Shown here: positions 11,546-23,576 of the stretch, in pieces | Layout: every line of letters begins with the position of its first letter | Numbering within the stretch: the first letter of the stretch is position 1 | Assembly: GCF_004010195.1 (NCBI RefSeq) | Contig: NC_057751.1 | Coordinates: 17,424,435-17,488,434, forward strand | Length of the DNA: 64,000 nucleotides | Source: Chiloscyllium plagiosum | Lineage: Eukaryota | Direction: 5' to 3' | Made by a program: the position numbers and the translations under genes | The notes under the pieces: generated by a model | Database searches by the model: none | What the model was told of the DNA's origin: nothing | What the model saw: only the letters and a program-made list of their open reading frames with translations

Positions 11546-14009
11546 GTAAGACATCATGTCATCACCTGGCAATATTTAACTCTTGAAGATAATTATAATA
11601 AATTTAATGTTGAGTTCATCAATGACTTAATTTAAAGTTGCTGGATGCCACTATCCATAACAACATACTAAGACAGAAAAGTGACATGAGTGAGAAGGGA
11701 TGGCGGCTCAAACTGTCAGAGAGAATTGATTAGTTCACCAATTACATGTATTTCAGAAACAAAATTCTCGGTGAATGTCACTGTACAACACAATGCGAGT
11801 GCATCAAACATGAGATCCAGTCATTGTCCCCTGTTTTTTCAGGAGATTTCACAGGGTGATCATGTCTCTCCACAATCAAGCATAGTTTGTATCATCAGGT
11901 CGAAATGATTGAAGAATTCAGTCTCCACTAAACACACGGTGTTTAAGTTTCCCTATGATGGCAGTCCAGTTCCCTTGTTAATGTAAGAAACACTGGTAGA
12001 ACAATCCTTCAACACTGCTCGTGTTCATTCACTTCAAACAGTAAAGTGTCCGCCTGGCACATGCCCCATTTCTCATTTTGTTCAGCGAATCCATCCCGTC
12101 CATACAAGTCTCGGATGTTTGCTCACCAGTCTACTCTTTCTCTCTCTCTCTCTGTCTTGGTGAGTAACTTCAGGTGTTTGCTGAGGATTTTCTGATTATG
12201 TGATCCACCCAGATCGACAGATTCTGTCTCCAACCTGAAGGGGGTACTGGTTCACGTCCAAGAAGTAACAGCAAGCGCGGATGTTGAGCACGAACCCAGA
12301 ACTATCCAGTACAATTGTCTGCATGCCACTGCTGACAGCCACAGCTTTATCCTGGCTCTTTCCTGGAAACCGTCAAAAGGACATTAATCTGGAGTGCAAC
12401 TGCTTCAACAAAAGGTACAAACAATAAAGCAACAATGTTCACACGACCATACACATTCCAGGTTTGGTTTCCAGCGGCGACATCAAGTTTATCTTTCCAG
12501 ATGGACTGAACGGATTCTGCTGCAGCCTGAAACAGATTAAACAGGAAAGAACTTGAGCCAAGAACAGAGGAAAAGCAGGGACAATGGCATAAAGGTGTCA
12601 ACACTTTCAAAGTAACTACAAATAGCGACCATAACCTTGACTTAATTCAGCTTATACTTTGATTATTACATTCGGTACAACTCCGAGAAACTTACCAGAT
12701 TCTCTGCACTCTCCAGCAGATCATTATCAGCTGACAGATCATGACGATGATTTGTCTGTGAAGATTATGATCTTAGGTTCGGAAACGTAAGTTACCAGAT
12801 TCGACGGAAAGTTGAGGCAAGATCATCAATAGTAGAATCTGTCATATTGATGCCGTATAGACTGGCGTTCAGGAAAATAAAGAATCAGAGTTAACCGATG
12901 ATTGTATGACGCATATTAACAAAGATAGACAGCATTTTTGAAATGAAAACTCCACAGAGTTAAATAATGATCCCTTTTTCTGTATTTTCCAAGTCTAGTT
13001 CCTCAGACTTGCAGACAGTAGTTTCACTCCTGAATCCCCCAGTACATTATTACTCAGGTTCAGGTTCAGCAGTGATTGGTTGGTGCTAAGAACGGAGGTG
13101 AGTACCTCAGTACACGACCCTCAGAGACAAACCGCAAGCACCTTGTGGAATCAGAGCAAGGAGTAACAGGAATCAAATTAAACCCGTGTTAATTGTCCAT
13201 TAAAAATTGCAGAAACTATTAATAATGCGCAGTCCTTAATAGAAACACTACTAGTCATACAAACAACAAGCAGTTGTAATAACAAACCTATTGCTGATGC
13301 TAATACTGCAATGTTTATTTTAAGAAAAAAAATTGCTGACATGGCTAATATCCAGTCGTGTTGAACAACAGTTATGATCAACATTTTCTGAGAGTCTGGC
13401 ACTTACTCAAGTGCCTGTATTTTGAAATTCACATTTTTTCAGATTTGGATAAAAGAAAGCTTCATTCCTGTGCCTGCTGGTTTATTATTATCCAGGTACA
13501 GATCCATCAGCGACCCGTTTATTCTGAGAGCGGAGGCGAGTTCCTCAGCACAATTTGTGATGCCATTGTAATAGAGGCTGAGGATCAGATAAAAAGTTGA
13601 AAGAGGAACAGAAACGATAAGCAGGAAACAGAACAAAACTCAGTGAATAATAATAGCACCGTTCCTGACATCAGTAACAATACGCAGCATCAAACATTCA
13701 GTTATCATAAAATCAGTTAAAGTCAGGTACATGGTGCAGTTTCTGTATCTAACAGTCTGGATTTCTCAGGGACATAGGCACCTCCTTCACTCCTGAATCT
13801 CCCAGGTCCTTCTATCACAATCTAACCAAAACGAATGAAAAACAACCCGAACGAAACCTCCCTTCTAATAAGAAGAGTTGGGCTGTTTCTGATATTTGAA
13901 CAACCGTTGAAAATAAAAGTTGAGAAATGAATGGAATAGATGTCTCCACTGTTGACAATACGTTTAGTGATGGAGAGTAAATAATCTGCTGCCTCGAGGA
14001 AACTCCTGT

Positions 14010-16976
14010 CCTATTTAATTCAGCAGGGAGCTGGGAACCTCAATTGCAGTTCGAGTATGCAAGAGTTTGAAAGTAGAGAGTTAAGAAATGAGTTTCAAAG
14101 GTTACAAGAAGGCATTGGAAAGCAAGAAGTTGGTTTGAAGTATACCGACTTCAATGCCAGGAGCATCCAGAATATGATGGGTGAACTTGCAACATGGGTT
14201 GGCACCTGGGATTTCGTTGTTGTGGTCATTTCGGAGACATCGGTAGTGAAGGGACAGGAATGGATAATACAATTTCCTAGATTTAGATGTTTCAGAAATA
14301 ACAAACGAGGAAGTGAACGTGGTGTAGGTGCGTGTGGCATTGTTAGTCAAGGACAGTATTACGATTGCAAAAAGGACATTTGAAGACTCATCAACTGAGG
14401 TAGTATGGGCTGAGGTTAGAAACAGGAATGGAGAGGTAATACTGTTATGAGTTTTCCACAGGCCTCCGAATACTTCCAGAGCTGTAGAGGATATGATAGC
14501 AAAGATAATTCTCGATAGAAGTGAGAGTGACAGTATTGTTGCTATGGAGACTTTAACTTTCCAAATATTGACTGGGAATACTATAGCTCAAGTACTTTGG
14601 ATGGGTCAGTTTTTGCCAATGTGTGCAGGAGGTTTTCCTGACAGTGTGTGGGCAGGCCAACAAGGGAGGAGGACACATTCGATTTGGTACTGAGGAAAGA
14701 ACCCGGGCTGATGTTAGATTTGGAGGTAGGTGAGCAATTTGGTGATTGTGACCACAATTCCATTATGTTTACTTTTGTGATGGAAAGGAATAGGCTTATA
14801 ACGCAGGATAAGTATCATAGCTGGGGGAAATGCAATTATGACGCGAATAGGCAAGATTTAGGATGTACAGGATGCAGAAGGAAATTGCAGGGCAATGGGC
14901 AGAATTGAAATGTGGAGGTAATTCAAGAAACCGCTTCTGCAGATCCTTCATAAGAGTGCACCTGTCAGGCATGGAAAACGCTGTCGAGCCTTGGGTAATT
15001 AAAGAACATGAAGCTCCTGTCAAGAGGAAGAAGAAGGCTTATATTAGGATGTAATGTGATTGCTCAGTTTCGGCGCTTGAGAATTACAAGTTATCTGCAT
15101 GAAAATCGTAAAGTGAGAGCAAAGCAGAGCCGGGACAGTAACGAGAAGTCGTTGGCAGATAGGGTTAAAGAAAGCCCTAAGGGGTTCTGTATGCATATCA
15201 GGAACAAAAGAATGACTAGAGTAAAAATAGGCCCAATCACGGATAGTAGTGGGAAGTTGTGCATGGAGTCAGGGGAGAGAGGTGAAGCGCTAAATGAATA
15301 CTTCTCGCCAGTACTCAAACAAGAAAAAGACAATGTTGTCGAGCAGAATACTGAGATATAGGCCACTAGACTAGTTGGGATTGAGATTCGCAAGGAGGAG
15401 GTGTTGGCAATTATGGAAAATGTGAAAATAGATAAGTCCCCTGGGCGAGATGGACTGATCATATGATTCTCTGGAAGGCAAGGAGGAGATTGTGGAGACT
15501 TTAGCCTTGATTTTTATGTTGTCATTGTATTCATCAATACTGCCAGAAGACTGGACGATAGCAAAAGTTGGCGTTTTCAAGAAGCGGAGTGGAGACAAAC
15601 TTGGTCATTATAGAGCAGTGAGCCTTACTTCGGTAATTGTAAAGTGTTGGAAAGGGTAATAAGCGATAGGATTCATAATCATCACAAAAGGAATAAGTTG
15701 ATTAGGGATAGGCAACATGGTCTTGTGAAAGGTATGTCGTGACTCACAAACCTTATTGTGTTTTTGAGTTCTTCCAGAAGGTGACCAAACAGGATGATGA
15801 GTGTAACATAGATGATGCGGTCCATGTGGATATCAATAAGGCATTCGATAAATTTCGCCATGATAGGCTATTGCACAAAATACTAAGGCATGTATTTGAG
15901 GGTAATTTAGTGTTTTGGATCAGAAATTGGCTAACTGAAAGAACACAGAGGGCGATGATCGATGGGAAATATTTATACTGGTGTTCAGTTACTCTTGGTT
16001 TACCGCAATGAATTGTTTTGGGTCCACTGTTGCTTTTGTAAATCATTTGGATGAGGGTATAGAAGAATGGATTAGTAAATTTGTGTATGACACTAAGGTC
16101 GGCAGAGTTGTGGATAGTGACTAAAGATGTTGTCAATTACAGGTGGACACATATAAGCTGCAAGACTGGGCTGGGAAATGGCAACTTGAGTTTATTGCGA
16201 AAAAGTGTGAGGCGATTCACTTTGGAAGGAGTAACAGGAGTGTAATGTACTGGACTAATGTTAAGATCCTTGGTAGTGGAGATGAACAGAGACATCTCGG
16301 TGTCTATGTATATAGATCCTTGTAAGTTGTCACACAGGTTGATAGGGTTCTCAAGAACTCTTACGTTGTGTAAGATTGTATTGGTAGAGGGTTTGATTCT
16401 TGGAAACATGAGGTCATGCTGCAGCTATACAAAGCTCTGGTGCGTCTGCACTTGGAGTATTGTGTACAGTTCTGTTCGCCGCATTATAGGAAAAGTATGG
16501 AAGCTTTGGAAAGGATGCAGAGGAGATTTACTAGGATGTTGACTGGTTTGGAGGGAAGATCTTACGAGGAAAGGCTGACGGATATGAAACTGTTTTCTTT
16601 CGTGAGAAGAAGGTTGAGAGGTAACTTAATTGAGACATATAAGATGATCGGAGGTTTGACAATGAGATCCTTTTTCCTCGGATGGTGATGGCTAACACGA
16701 GGGGACATAGCTTTAAATTGAGGGATGATAACTTTGAACAGATGTCAGAGGTAGCTTCATTACTCAGATTGTAGTAAAGGCATGAAACGCACTGATTGTA
16801 ATAGTGGTCGACTCGCCAACTTTCAGGGCATTTAAATTGTCTCATAGGCACATGGATGAGAAAGGATTACTGTGGGTTAATTGGACTTCTGATGGTTTTC
16901 ACAGTTCGGTGTGACACCGAGGGCCAAAGAGCCTGTACTCTGCTGCAATGTTTTATATCCTATGTTCCGTGTTCTG
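14010..16976 (+). mobile_element. Degraded CR1 LINE (nearly all of ORF2) in an NLR intron
   Basis: EN motifs (FNARSIQN, VISET, PTREEDTFDLVL, DCDHNSI), RT motifs (DINKAFDKF, LYKALVRLHLEYCVQF) and a tctatgttc-like tail. Confidence 0.93.
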
Positions 16977-17591
16977 TCTTCTTCCCCGAGAATCGAAATT
17001 TCTGCTCACGAACGTTCGCTGTTTGGTAAAAGCTGCACTCACAGGAGATTCTGACGTAACTCCCTGTTCAACGGGCTTCATGTTACAGTAACTGCAGGTG
17101 CACACTGGACAGATTTTTGGAACATTTTCCAAACATTCCTTCGAAACGTTGAGAGGCGTCTCAAACATGAATTAAATAATAAAATAAATTTCTGGTGGCA
17201 GTGGCTGCACTTCGCCCAGTTCCTGCCGGGAATGGGAGAAGCCTTGACATTCCCTTCACTGTGGCTGTATTGTCTGGCAAATGCCTCACGTAAATTTCGC
17301 TTTAAGTGCTAAGGTGCAAGACTGTGAATAATGTTAACTGTTTGCAACGAAACGAATTCCTTTTTTTCCCAAACTAAGAATGTTCTATTGACAAGACACA
17401 GCTAATTATATTAAGCATGTAATGATTACGAATCTAAATTCAAATTGTTTTGCTTTTTTCTCAGCAAATTGGCAACTGAGAAAAACGCTTCAGGTTTTTT
17501 TTTGTTACTTGTACATTATACAGGTACAGCAAACTTTTTTTTAAGTGGCACCTTTTGCTAATCTGGAAACAATTAATCACCTGACATAACT

Positions 17592-17892
17592 GCGGCACGG
17601 TGGCAGAGTGGTTAGTACTGCTGCCTCACAGCGCCAGAGACCCGAGTTCAATTCTCGCCTCAGGCGACTGACTGTGTGGAGTTCGCACATTCTCTCCGTG
17701 TCTGCTTGGTTTTCCTCCGGGTGCTCCGGTTTCCTCCCACAGTCCTGTGCAGGTCAGGTGGATTGGCCATGCTAAATTGTCCGTTGTCTTAGGTAAGAGG
17801 TAAATGTAGGGGTATGGGTGGTTTGCGTTTCGGCGGGTCGGTGTGGACTTGTTGGGCCGAAGGGCCTGTTTCCACACTGTAAAGTAATCTAA
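17592..17892 (+). mobile_element. HE1-type tRNA-derived V-SINE, full length
   Basis: A box tggcagagtggttag, B box gagttcaattc, central V-domain (gtgtggagttcgcacattctc...ggtttcctcccacagtcc), and CR1-like tail gggccgaagggcctgtttccacactgt..taatcta. Confidence 0.93.
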
Positions 17893-19599
17893 ACGGATGT
17901 TTCTTGTGTAATCACAATCTCCATGCATTCAGTTGAGGGTGCTTTCCAACAGGAAATTTTATTCAAGGCAAAGTTGCATGATTATTTCAGGGGAATTATG
18001 ACGTAAGTAAACTATAACAGTGATGAGTCCACTCCCTATTTTACATTTCTATTGTTTACTATGTGTTTTTACATTATGTGGACCTCTTCATCAATGCATA
18101 TAAATGCTGGTTAATGAAAAGTTTGTTGCATTTACATCCCACTATCAAGTCTTATTCACGAAGGAAAAACAAAACCGTACTGACCAGCCACTTGTAGTGA
18201 TCTCTACTTGCCGATTGAAAACAGGCTGTGAAATAATTCACCGTGATCAACAAAGGTCGATTTTGGATTTTCCAGGGCTGACAAAATTATGAATTGAATA
18301 CTCACATTATTGATATAGATCGGTTCTAATCTGTTTCTGTCGTTGAATTGAGCAGCTGTTTCCTTTTATTATAGAGCAAGAACATAATGCCTGGCATTTG
18401 TGCAGTACACATCCTCAACGTTGTAGACCTTCGCGAACAATGATGCATCCTTCTGATTCAAGCTGTTTTACTGTTGCACAGAGATTAGTGGTCAACGATA
18501 GGATCACACAGTCAAACGGGGTCAGGCGCAGCTCGTGAAATACAATCCAATCATTAATGCCACTGTGGTATGACGCAGTGCTTTATTCAGAGACACAAAC
18601 AGACACTGAAATGATTTCAGGAGGTTCATTTTTACAGTTTCAGATTGCATATTTCCAAAGTGTGCTCCAACCTTCTCTTTCAGACAGTCAGTTGAACAAA
18701 AGGTTGTTTGATGAAGAAATTAATCAATGAAGTAGTCGAGAGGCCGACGTGCCTTGCAGAGGAGAAAGCAGAAATAAAGCTTGGAAAACCTCAACTCGAG
18801 CATAATTCTTGCTGTTGGATTCACGGAGGAATATCTGGATGTCCCCAACGTCTGGAGCGAAGAATTGTGTGAGTGTAGATGCAAACGTTTTGATGGTGAG
18901 GTGCGGGAATATGTAAATTGCAATCAGGGCAGAAACATCTTTCTTGAAATGTTCCATTTGGAGGGTTGCAGATCGTACTGGGCAAAATCTCCATTTCTAA
19001 ACACAAATTTCTTTCAGAGAATCCATCGAAGGCCACCTCACCAAGCTTCTGCAACGCATTTCGGGTATTTTCAACGTCTCCGCCATGGTTTACCAGAACG
19101 TTGTAAATATTGTAGGAACATAGTTGGACGATGTACTTGGGAGCATACTGCTGTATCCTGTTTCTTTGTGTGAAGAAACACCCAGTGACAGACCGTGGAT
19201 CCAGCAGTACAAATGGTTGTAACAGATGACTTACAGGATCTCGTTCTCCTCCACTTTCCGATTTCCCAAAAAAATGTTGAATTGTTCCTCCCGATCAGCA
19301 CGAACAAATCCCAAAATTTCAGCCCCTCGACTCCTGACTGTCTCGTCCTCTTGCCTGCAGCTCATACTCTAAAGTGTCCAATCTCGAACAGTAGAAATGA
19401 TTGTTATAGAGCAAATCGTTCAACCAATTGGAAACTCTTCATTGTCTCCTTGTTTGGAAGAGAGCTGACACGTATTATTCAGTTTGAACCCAGAGTGTCT
19501 CGTTGTGTTTCATTTGAATTGGTTCAGTTAGGACAGGCAAAAAGTAGTTTCCCATGGTATTTGGTTTATGCATAAAGAACTTTTCAATACACCTGCTCC

Positions 19600-20020
19600 A
19601 GAAAGCATGTTGTGAAACTTGAAAGGGATCAGAAAATATTTAGAAGGATGTCGCCAGGTTTGGAGAGTTTGAGGTATTTGGAGTGGCTGAATCGGCTTGG
19701 ACTCTTTCCCCTGTAGCGTTGATAAAATCATGAGAGGCATGAATTGGTGGAATAGCTGAGGCCTTTTCACAGTCTTGGGGGAGTCCAGAACTATAAATTA
19801 TAAGGAGGTGCGTTAATGGAATGAGCTGCGTGACCAAGTGTTGGAGGCTGATACAATTATCACATTTAAAAGCCATCTGGATGGGTACACGAGTACGAAA
19901 TGTTTGGAGGGATTTGAGCCAAATACTGGTTAATCGGGCTAGATTAATTAAGTACATCATATCGGCTCGCCCAAAATGTTCCAAGGAGTCTGTTTTCATG
20001 CTGCACAACTCTATGAGTCT
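19600..20020 (+). mobile_element. Old CR1 3' fragment
   Basis: Degenerate ORF2 C-terminal and 3'UTR sequence (tggaatgagctg...catttaaaagccatctggatgggtac...ctctatgagtcta). Confidence 0.75.
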
Positions 20021-20339
20021 ATTTGAGCGCTGAGTCAATTGATGCAAAAATTGATCTGTAGCCTCAAGAAATTTTTGAAAAATTTAAGACTGGATCACTT
20101 TAAACACCATTTGAAATGTAATAATGGTGGAGAAAATTTTCATTTCTTCAGATAATTCTAACTCTGAACCATCGAGATTTTCTTTATTATAATCGATAAT
20201 ATCACATTGACATGCAGCATGGAAACAAGCCTTCAATCCAACTTATCCATGCCAACCAAATATCCTAAATTAATCTAGTCACTATCACCCTGGTTCCAGC
20301 ACGCCCAACGCTCACCTTGGGCGGTCTACTGCGGTCAGT

Positions 20340-21212
20340 AGAGTTATGGATAGTGACGAAGGATGTTGTAGTTTATGGATGGGCATAGATAAGCTGCAGA
20401 ATTGGGCTGTGAAGTTACAAATTGAATTTAATACAGAAAACTGTGACATGATTCACTTTGGAATTAGTAACAGGAATTCAGTGCACTGGTCTAATGGTAA
20501 GATTATTGGTAATGCAGATGAGCAGAGAGATATCGATGTCCGTGTACATAGATCCTTGAAAGTTGCCACCCAGGTTGATAGGGTTGTTCAGAAGGCATAC
20601 AATGTGTTGCTGTTATTGGCAGAGGGATTGAATTCAGAAACAAGAAGTGATGCTGCAGCTGTACGAAAGTCTGGTGTGACCGCATTTCGAGTATTGTGTA
20701 CAGTTCTGGTCACCGCAAGAGAGGAAGAACATGAAAGGTATGGAAAGCGTTCAAAGGAGATTTACTGTGATGTTACCTGTCTTGGATGAAAGGTCTTACG
20801 AGGAAAGATTGACGGACTTGAGGCTGTTTTTGTTAGAGAGAAGAAGGTTGAAAGGTGGCATTTGTGATACATATAAGAGAATCAGACGATTGGACAGGGT
20901 GGACAGTCAGACCCATTTACTGTGATAGTGATGGCTAGAAAGAGGGGATATTGCTTTAAATTGAAGGCTGATAAATATTGGACGGATGTCACAGATCGTT
21001 TCTCTACTCAGATAGTCGGAGGAGCAAGAAACGCACTGCATGCAACAATTAGTAGACTCGCCAAATTTAGGGGCATTTAAATGGCTATTGGATGAGAATG
21101 GAAGAGTGTTGGTTCAGTGAGCTTCAGATTGTTTTCACAGGCTGGCGCAACATCGAGGGTCAAATGGCCTGTATTGCGCTGTAATGTTCTATGTTCTTTT
21201 TCTATGTTCTAT
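20340..21212 (+). mobile_element. CR1 3' fragment, paralogous to the 16090-16976 copy
   Basis: ORFs 20346-20789 and 20731-20925 (DSDEGCC, VHRSLKVATQVDRVV, ERSYEERL) and a (ttctatg)n tail. Confidence 0.9.
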
Positions 21213-22460
21213 CTTCTTCCTAGAGAATTGAAATTGCTGCCCACGAGCATTCACTAATTGGGAAAATATGAGCTCACCTGAGGTCCTCACGTTACTCCCC
21301 GTTCAACAGTCTTTACATTTCATGAACTTCAAGTGCACACTGGACAGATTTTTCGAAAATTTTCCAGACATTCCTTTCCGAGTGTTGTCTCAAACGAGAA
21401 ATGAATTAAAATAAATTTCTGGTGACACCGGCTGTACTTTGCCCAGGTACTGCCCACTGTGGGAGAAACCTTGCCATTCTCTGTTGTGTGCATGTAGTCT
21501 CGGGCTACTTTCTCACAACACTTTCGCTTTACGAGCTTAACGCTCGATACTTTGAATCGTCAAGACTGCACATAATGCTAACTATTTGCAACTAAATGGA
21601 TTTCCCTTTTCCCAAACCAGAAATTTTCGCTTGACATATCACATACAAACAGATTAAGCAGAGAACGATTACGAATCTAAATTCAAATAGTTTTTCTCAT
21701 ATCTATCCAAAATAGGAGTTAAAAACAAAGCTTTCGTTGTTTTGGTTAGGTTGTACATTGTACGGGTACAACAAACTTTTTTTAACTGGCACAGTTTGCT
21801 CATGTAACACAAACTATGCAACTGTAGTAACGGACGTCTCCTGCGCTATCAAAATCTCCATGTGGTCGGTTGAGGGTGATGTCCACTGGTAAGTTTTATT
21901 TAAGGCATATTTGCGTTGCTATTTCAGAGGACTTATGACATAAATAAACTCTAACAGTGTTGTGTTACTCCCTTTATTGAATTTCTATTAATTAGTGTTT
22001 GTTTTTGCATTGCAGTTCTTCACCAATGCGCATATGTGCCAGTTGAAGAAATGTTTATTGTCCTTACATCTTATTCTCTAGTTGTATTAACTAAATTACA
22101 ACAAAACGGTGCAGATCAGCCACTTCCAGTGAGTTGTACTTGCTGATTGAACAAAGGCTGTGAAATCCCTCCTGATCTGCAATGATCGGGTTTAGATTCT
22201 CGAGTCCTGACAAATTTAGGAACCGAGTCCTCGCATTATTGATCCGGCCTGGTTTGAATCTGTGGTTCAACTGAGCAGCTCGTGCTTGGAAGTTAATAAC
22301 AATTGAGAATATTATCAATTCTTCAGATAATTCTAATTCTTGCACACAGAGATTTTTCTGTTATAGCGGTGGAATTATGGAGATGTACAGCATGGAAACA
22401 GACACGACATTCGAACTCCTCCATGCTGACCGGATATCCAAACTCAACAATGTCCCATTT
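20340..22460. repeat. Segmental paralog of ~16090-20290 (NLR intron unit) lacking the NACHT exon and the HE1 SINE
   Basis: Colinear non-TE matches, e.g. gtgcacactggacagatttt (17098/21333), gattacgaatctaaattcaaa (17424/21667), gagcagct (18350/22274) and ttcttcagataattctaa (20144/22319). Confidence 0.9.
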
Positions 22461-22850
22461 GCCAACAGTTGGCCCATATCCTTCCAAACCCTTCCTATGC
22501 ATTTACCCATCCAGATGGCGTTTAAATGCTGTAATTATCCTTGCCTCCATCACTTCCTGTGGCAGCTAATTGCATCCACTTACCACTCTCTGCATGAATA
22601 TGTTGCCCCTTAGGTCACTATTAAATCTTTCCGCCTCACCCTAATTGTACGCTCTGTCATTCCGAACTCGCCCACCCCAGGCAAAGAACCTTGTCCATTT
22701 ACCCTATCCGTGTCCTCATTATTTTACAAAACTCCAAAATGTCACCTGCCAACCTCCGACGTTACACGGAAAACAACCCCAGCCTGTTAAGCACCTTCCT
22801 GTTCAGACCCTCCAATCCTGTCACCATCCTTGTCAGTATTTTCTGAGAAC
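22380..22850 (-). mobile_element. CR1 3' fragment
   Basis: gtacagcatggaaacagac tail signature and degenerate minus-strand ORF2 C-terminus. Confidence 0.8.
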
Positions 22851-23396
22851 CAGAACGTTCAGGAAGAGCTTCCCTGCAGTGCCTCTACTAGACATAACAT
22901 ATCTTATACAAAATGTTGTACTCAGTTACTTATACGGTCAATGACTTTAATATATTTGTTTCTGAATACAAATCTGGCAATCACGTTTCTTTAAACAACA
23001 ATATTACAAAAATTCTGATAAGATTCAGAAATTCCAATTGTCTTCATATGTGTTCGATATTCCTGGACAGGGGCCTCCTGTAACAGACTTCGGATATCCA
23101 CAAATCTAATCCTAAAAAAAGATTTTTGTGAAAAAGGCAGAAGTCAGAATCGAACCCAGGTCCCCTGGCTGCTGAAGGTATGAACCCTTCCAGAGGGCCA
23201 CTTTTTTCGAGATTGGTCAAAAGAATCATTAGGAGTAATATCTGTTTAAAGCAAGCTTACCAGTTTAATAAATTAAGGCAGCCTGGCGCAGATTTGTCCA
23301 GCAACACAGGTTAGAGGTTTCTGTGTTCTGTGAAGAAATGGCACAATAACATTCGAAATTTCACATAATTTATATATTTTTAAGGGGGAGCACAAG

Positions 23397-23576
23397 CTTA
23401 ATTACAAGAAAAGTCCAATCAAATGTAATAAAGTGACGAATTACAGCAGGTTAATGCAATGATATTCCTTGGGAAAGAAATCTTAATTACAAGAAAAGTC
23501 CAATCAACTGTAATATGGGACATGATTGACAACAGGCTAATCCAACGATATTCCCTTCGAAAGGGATCTTAATTAC
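23397..23576. repeat. Tandem repeat, ~85 bp unit x ~2.1
   Basis: cttaattacaagaaaagtccaatcaa starts at 23397 and 23482, and cttaattac appears again at 23568. Confidence 0.9.

Larger units (their letters stand above)
12439..19530 (-). pseudogene. NLR (NACHT-LRR, NLRP3/NLRC3-like shark family) pseudogene
   Basis: Large exon ~18390-19530: FQLVERF, ISTVRD, YELQARGRD, AEILGF, EENEIL, CYNHLYCWI, YIFPHLTIKTF, LRLTPFDCVIL, LHKCQ. Ribonuclease-inhibitor-type LRR exons: LGDSGVKEVPMSLRNPDC*IQKL (~13730-13810); 13407-13577 (171 bp, AG/GT intact); ~12972-13141 (NQSLLNLNLSNNVLGDSGVKLLSASLRN*); 12696-12861. Terminal exon 12439-12526 LQQNPFSPSGKINLMSPLETKPGMCMVV*. Multiple stops and frameshifts. Confidence 0.93.

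Noticed and set aside
23135..23200. tRNA-like B box (GGTTCGATTC, minus strand)
   Set aside because: No cloverleaf can be formed. It is best explained as a decayed tRNA-derived SINE head.
23397..23576. Repeat-spacer pattern resembling a CRISPR array
   Set aside because: The spacers are homologous to each other, so this is a plain tandem repeat. The context is eukaryotic and there are no cas genes.
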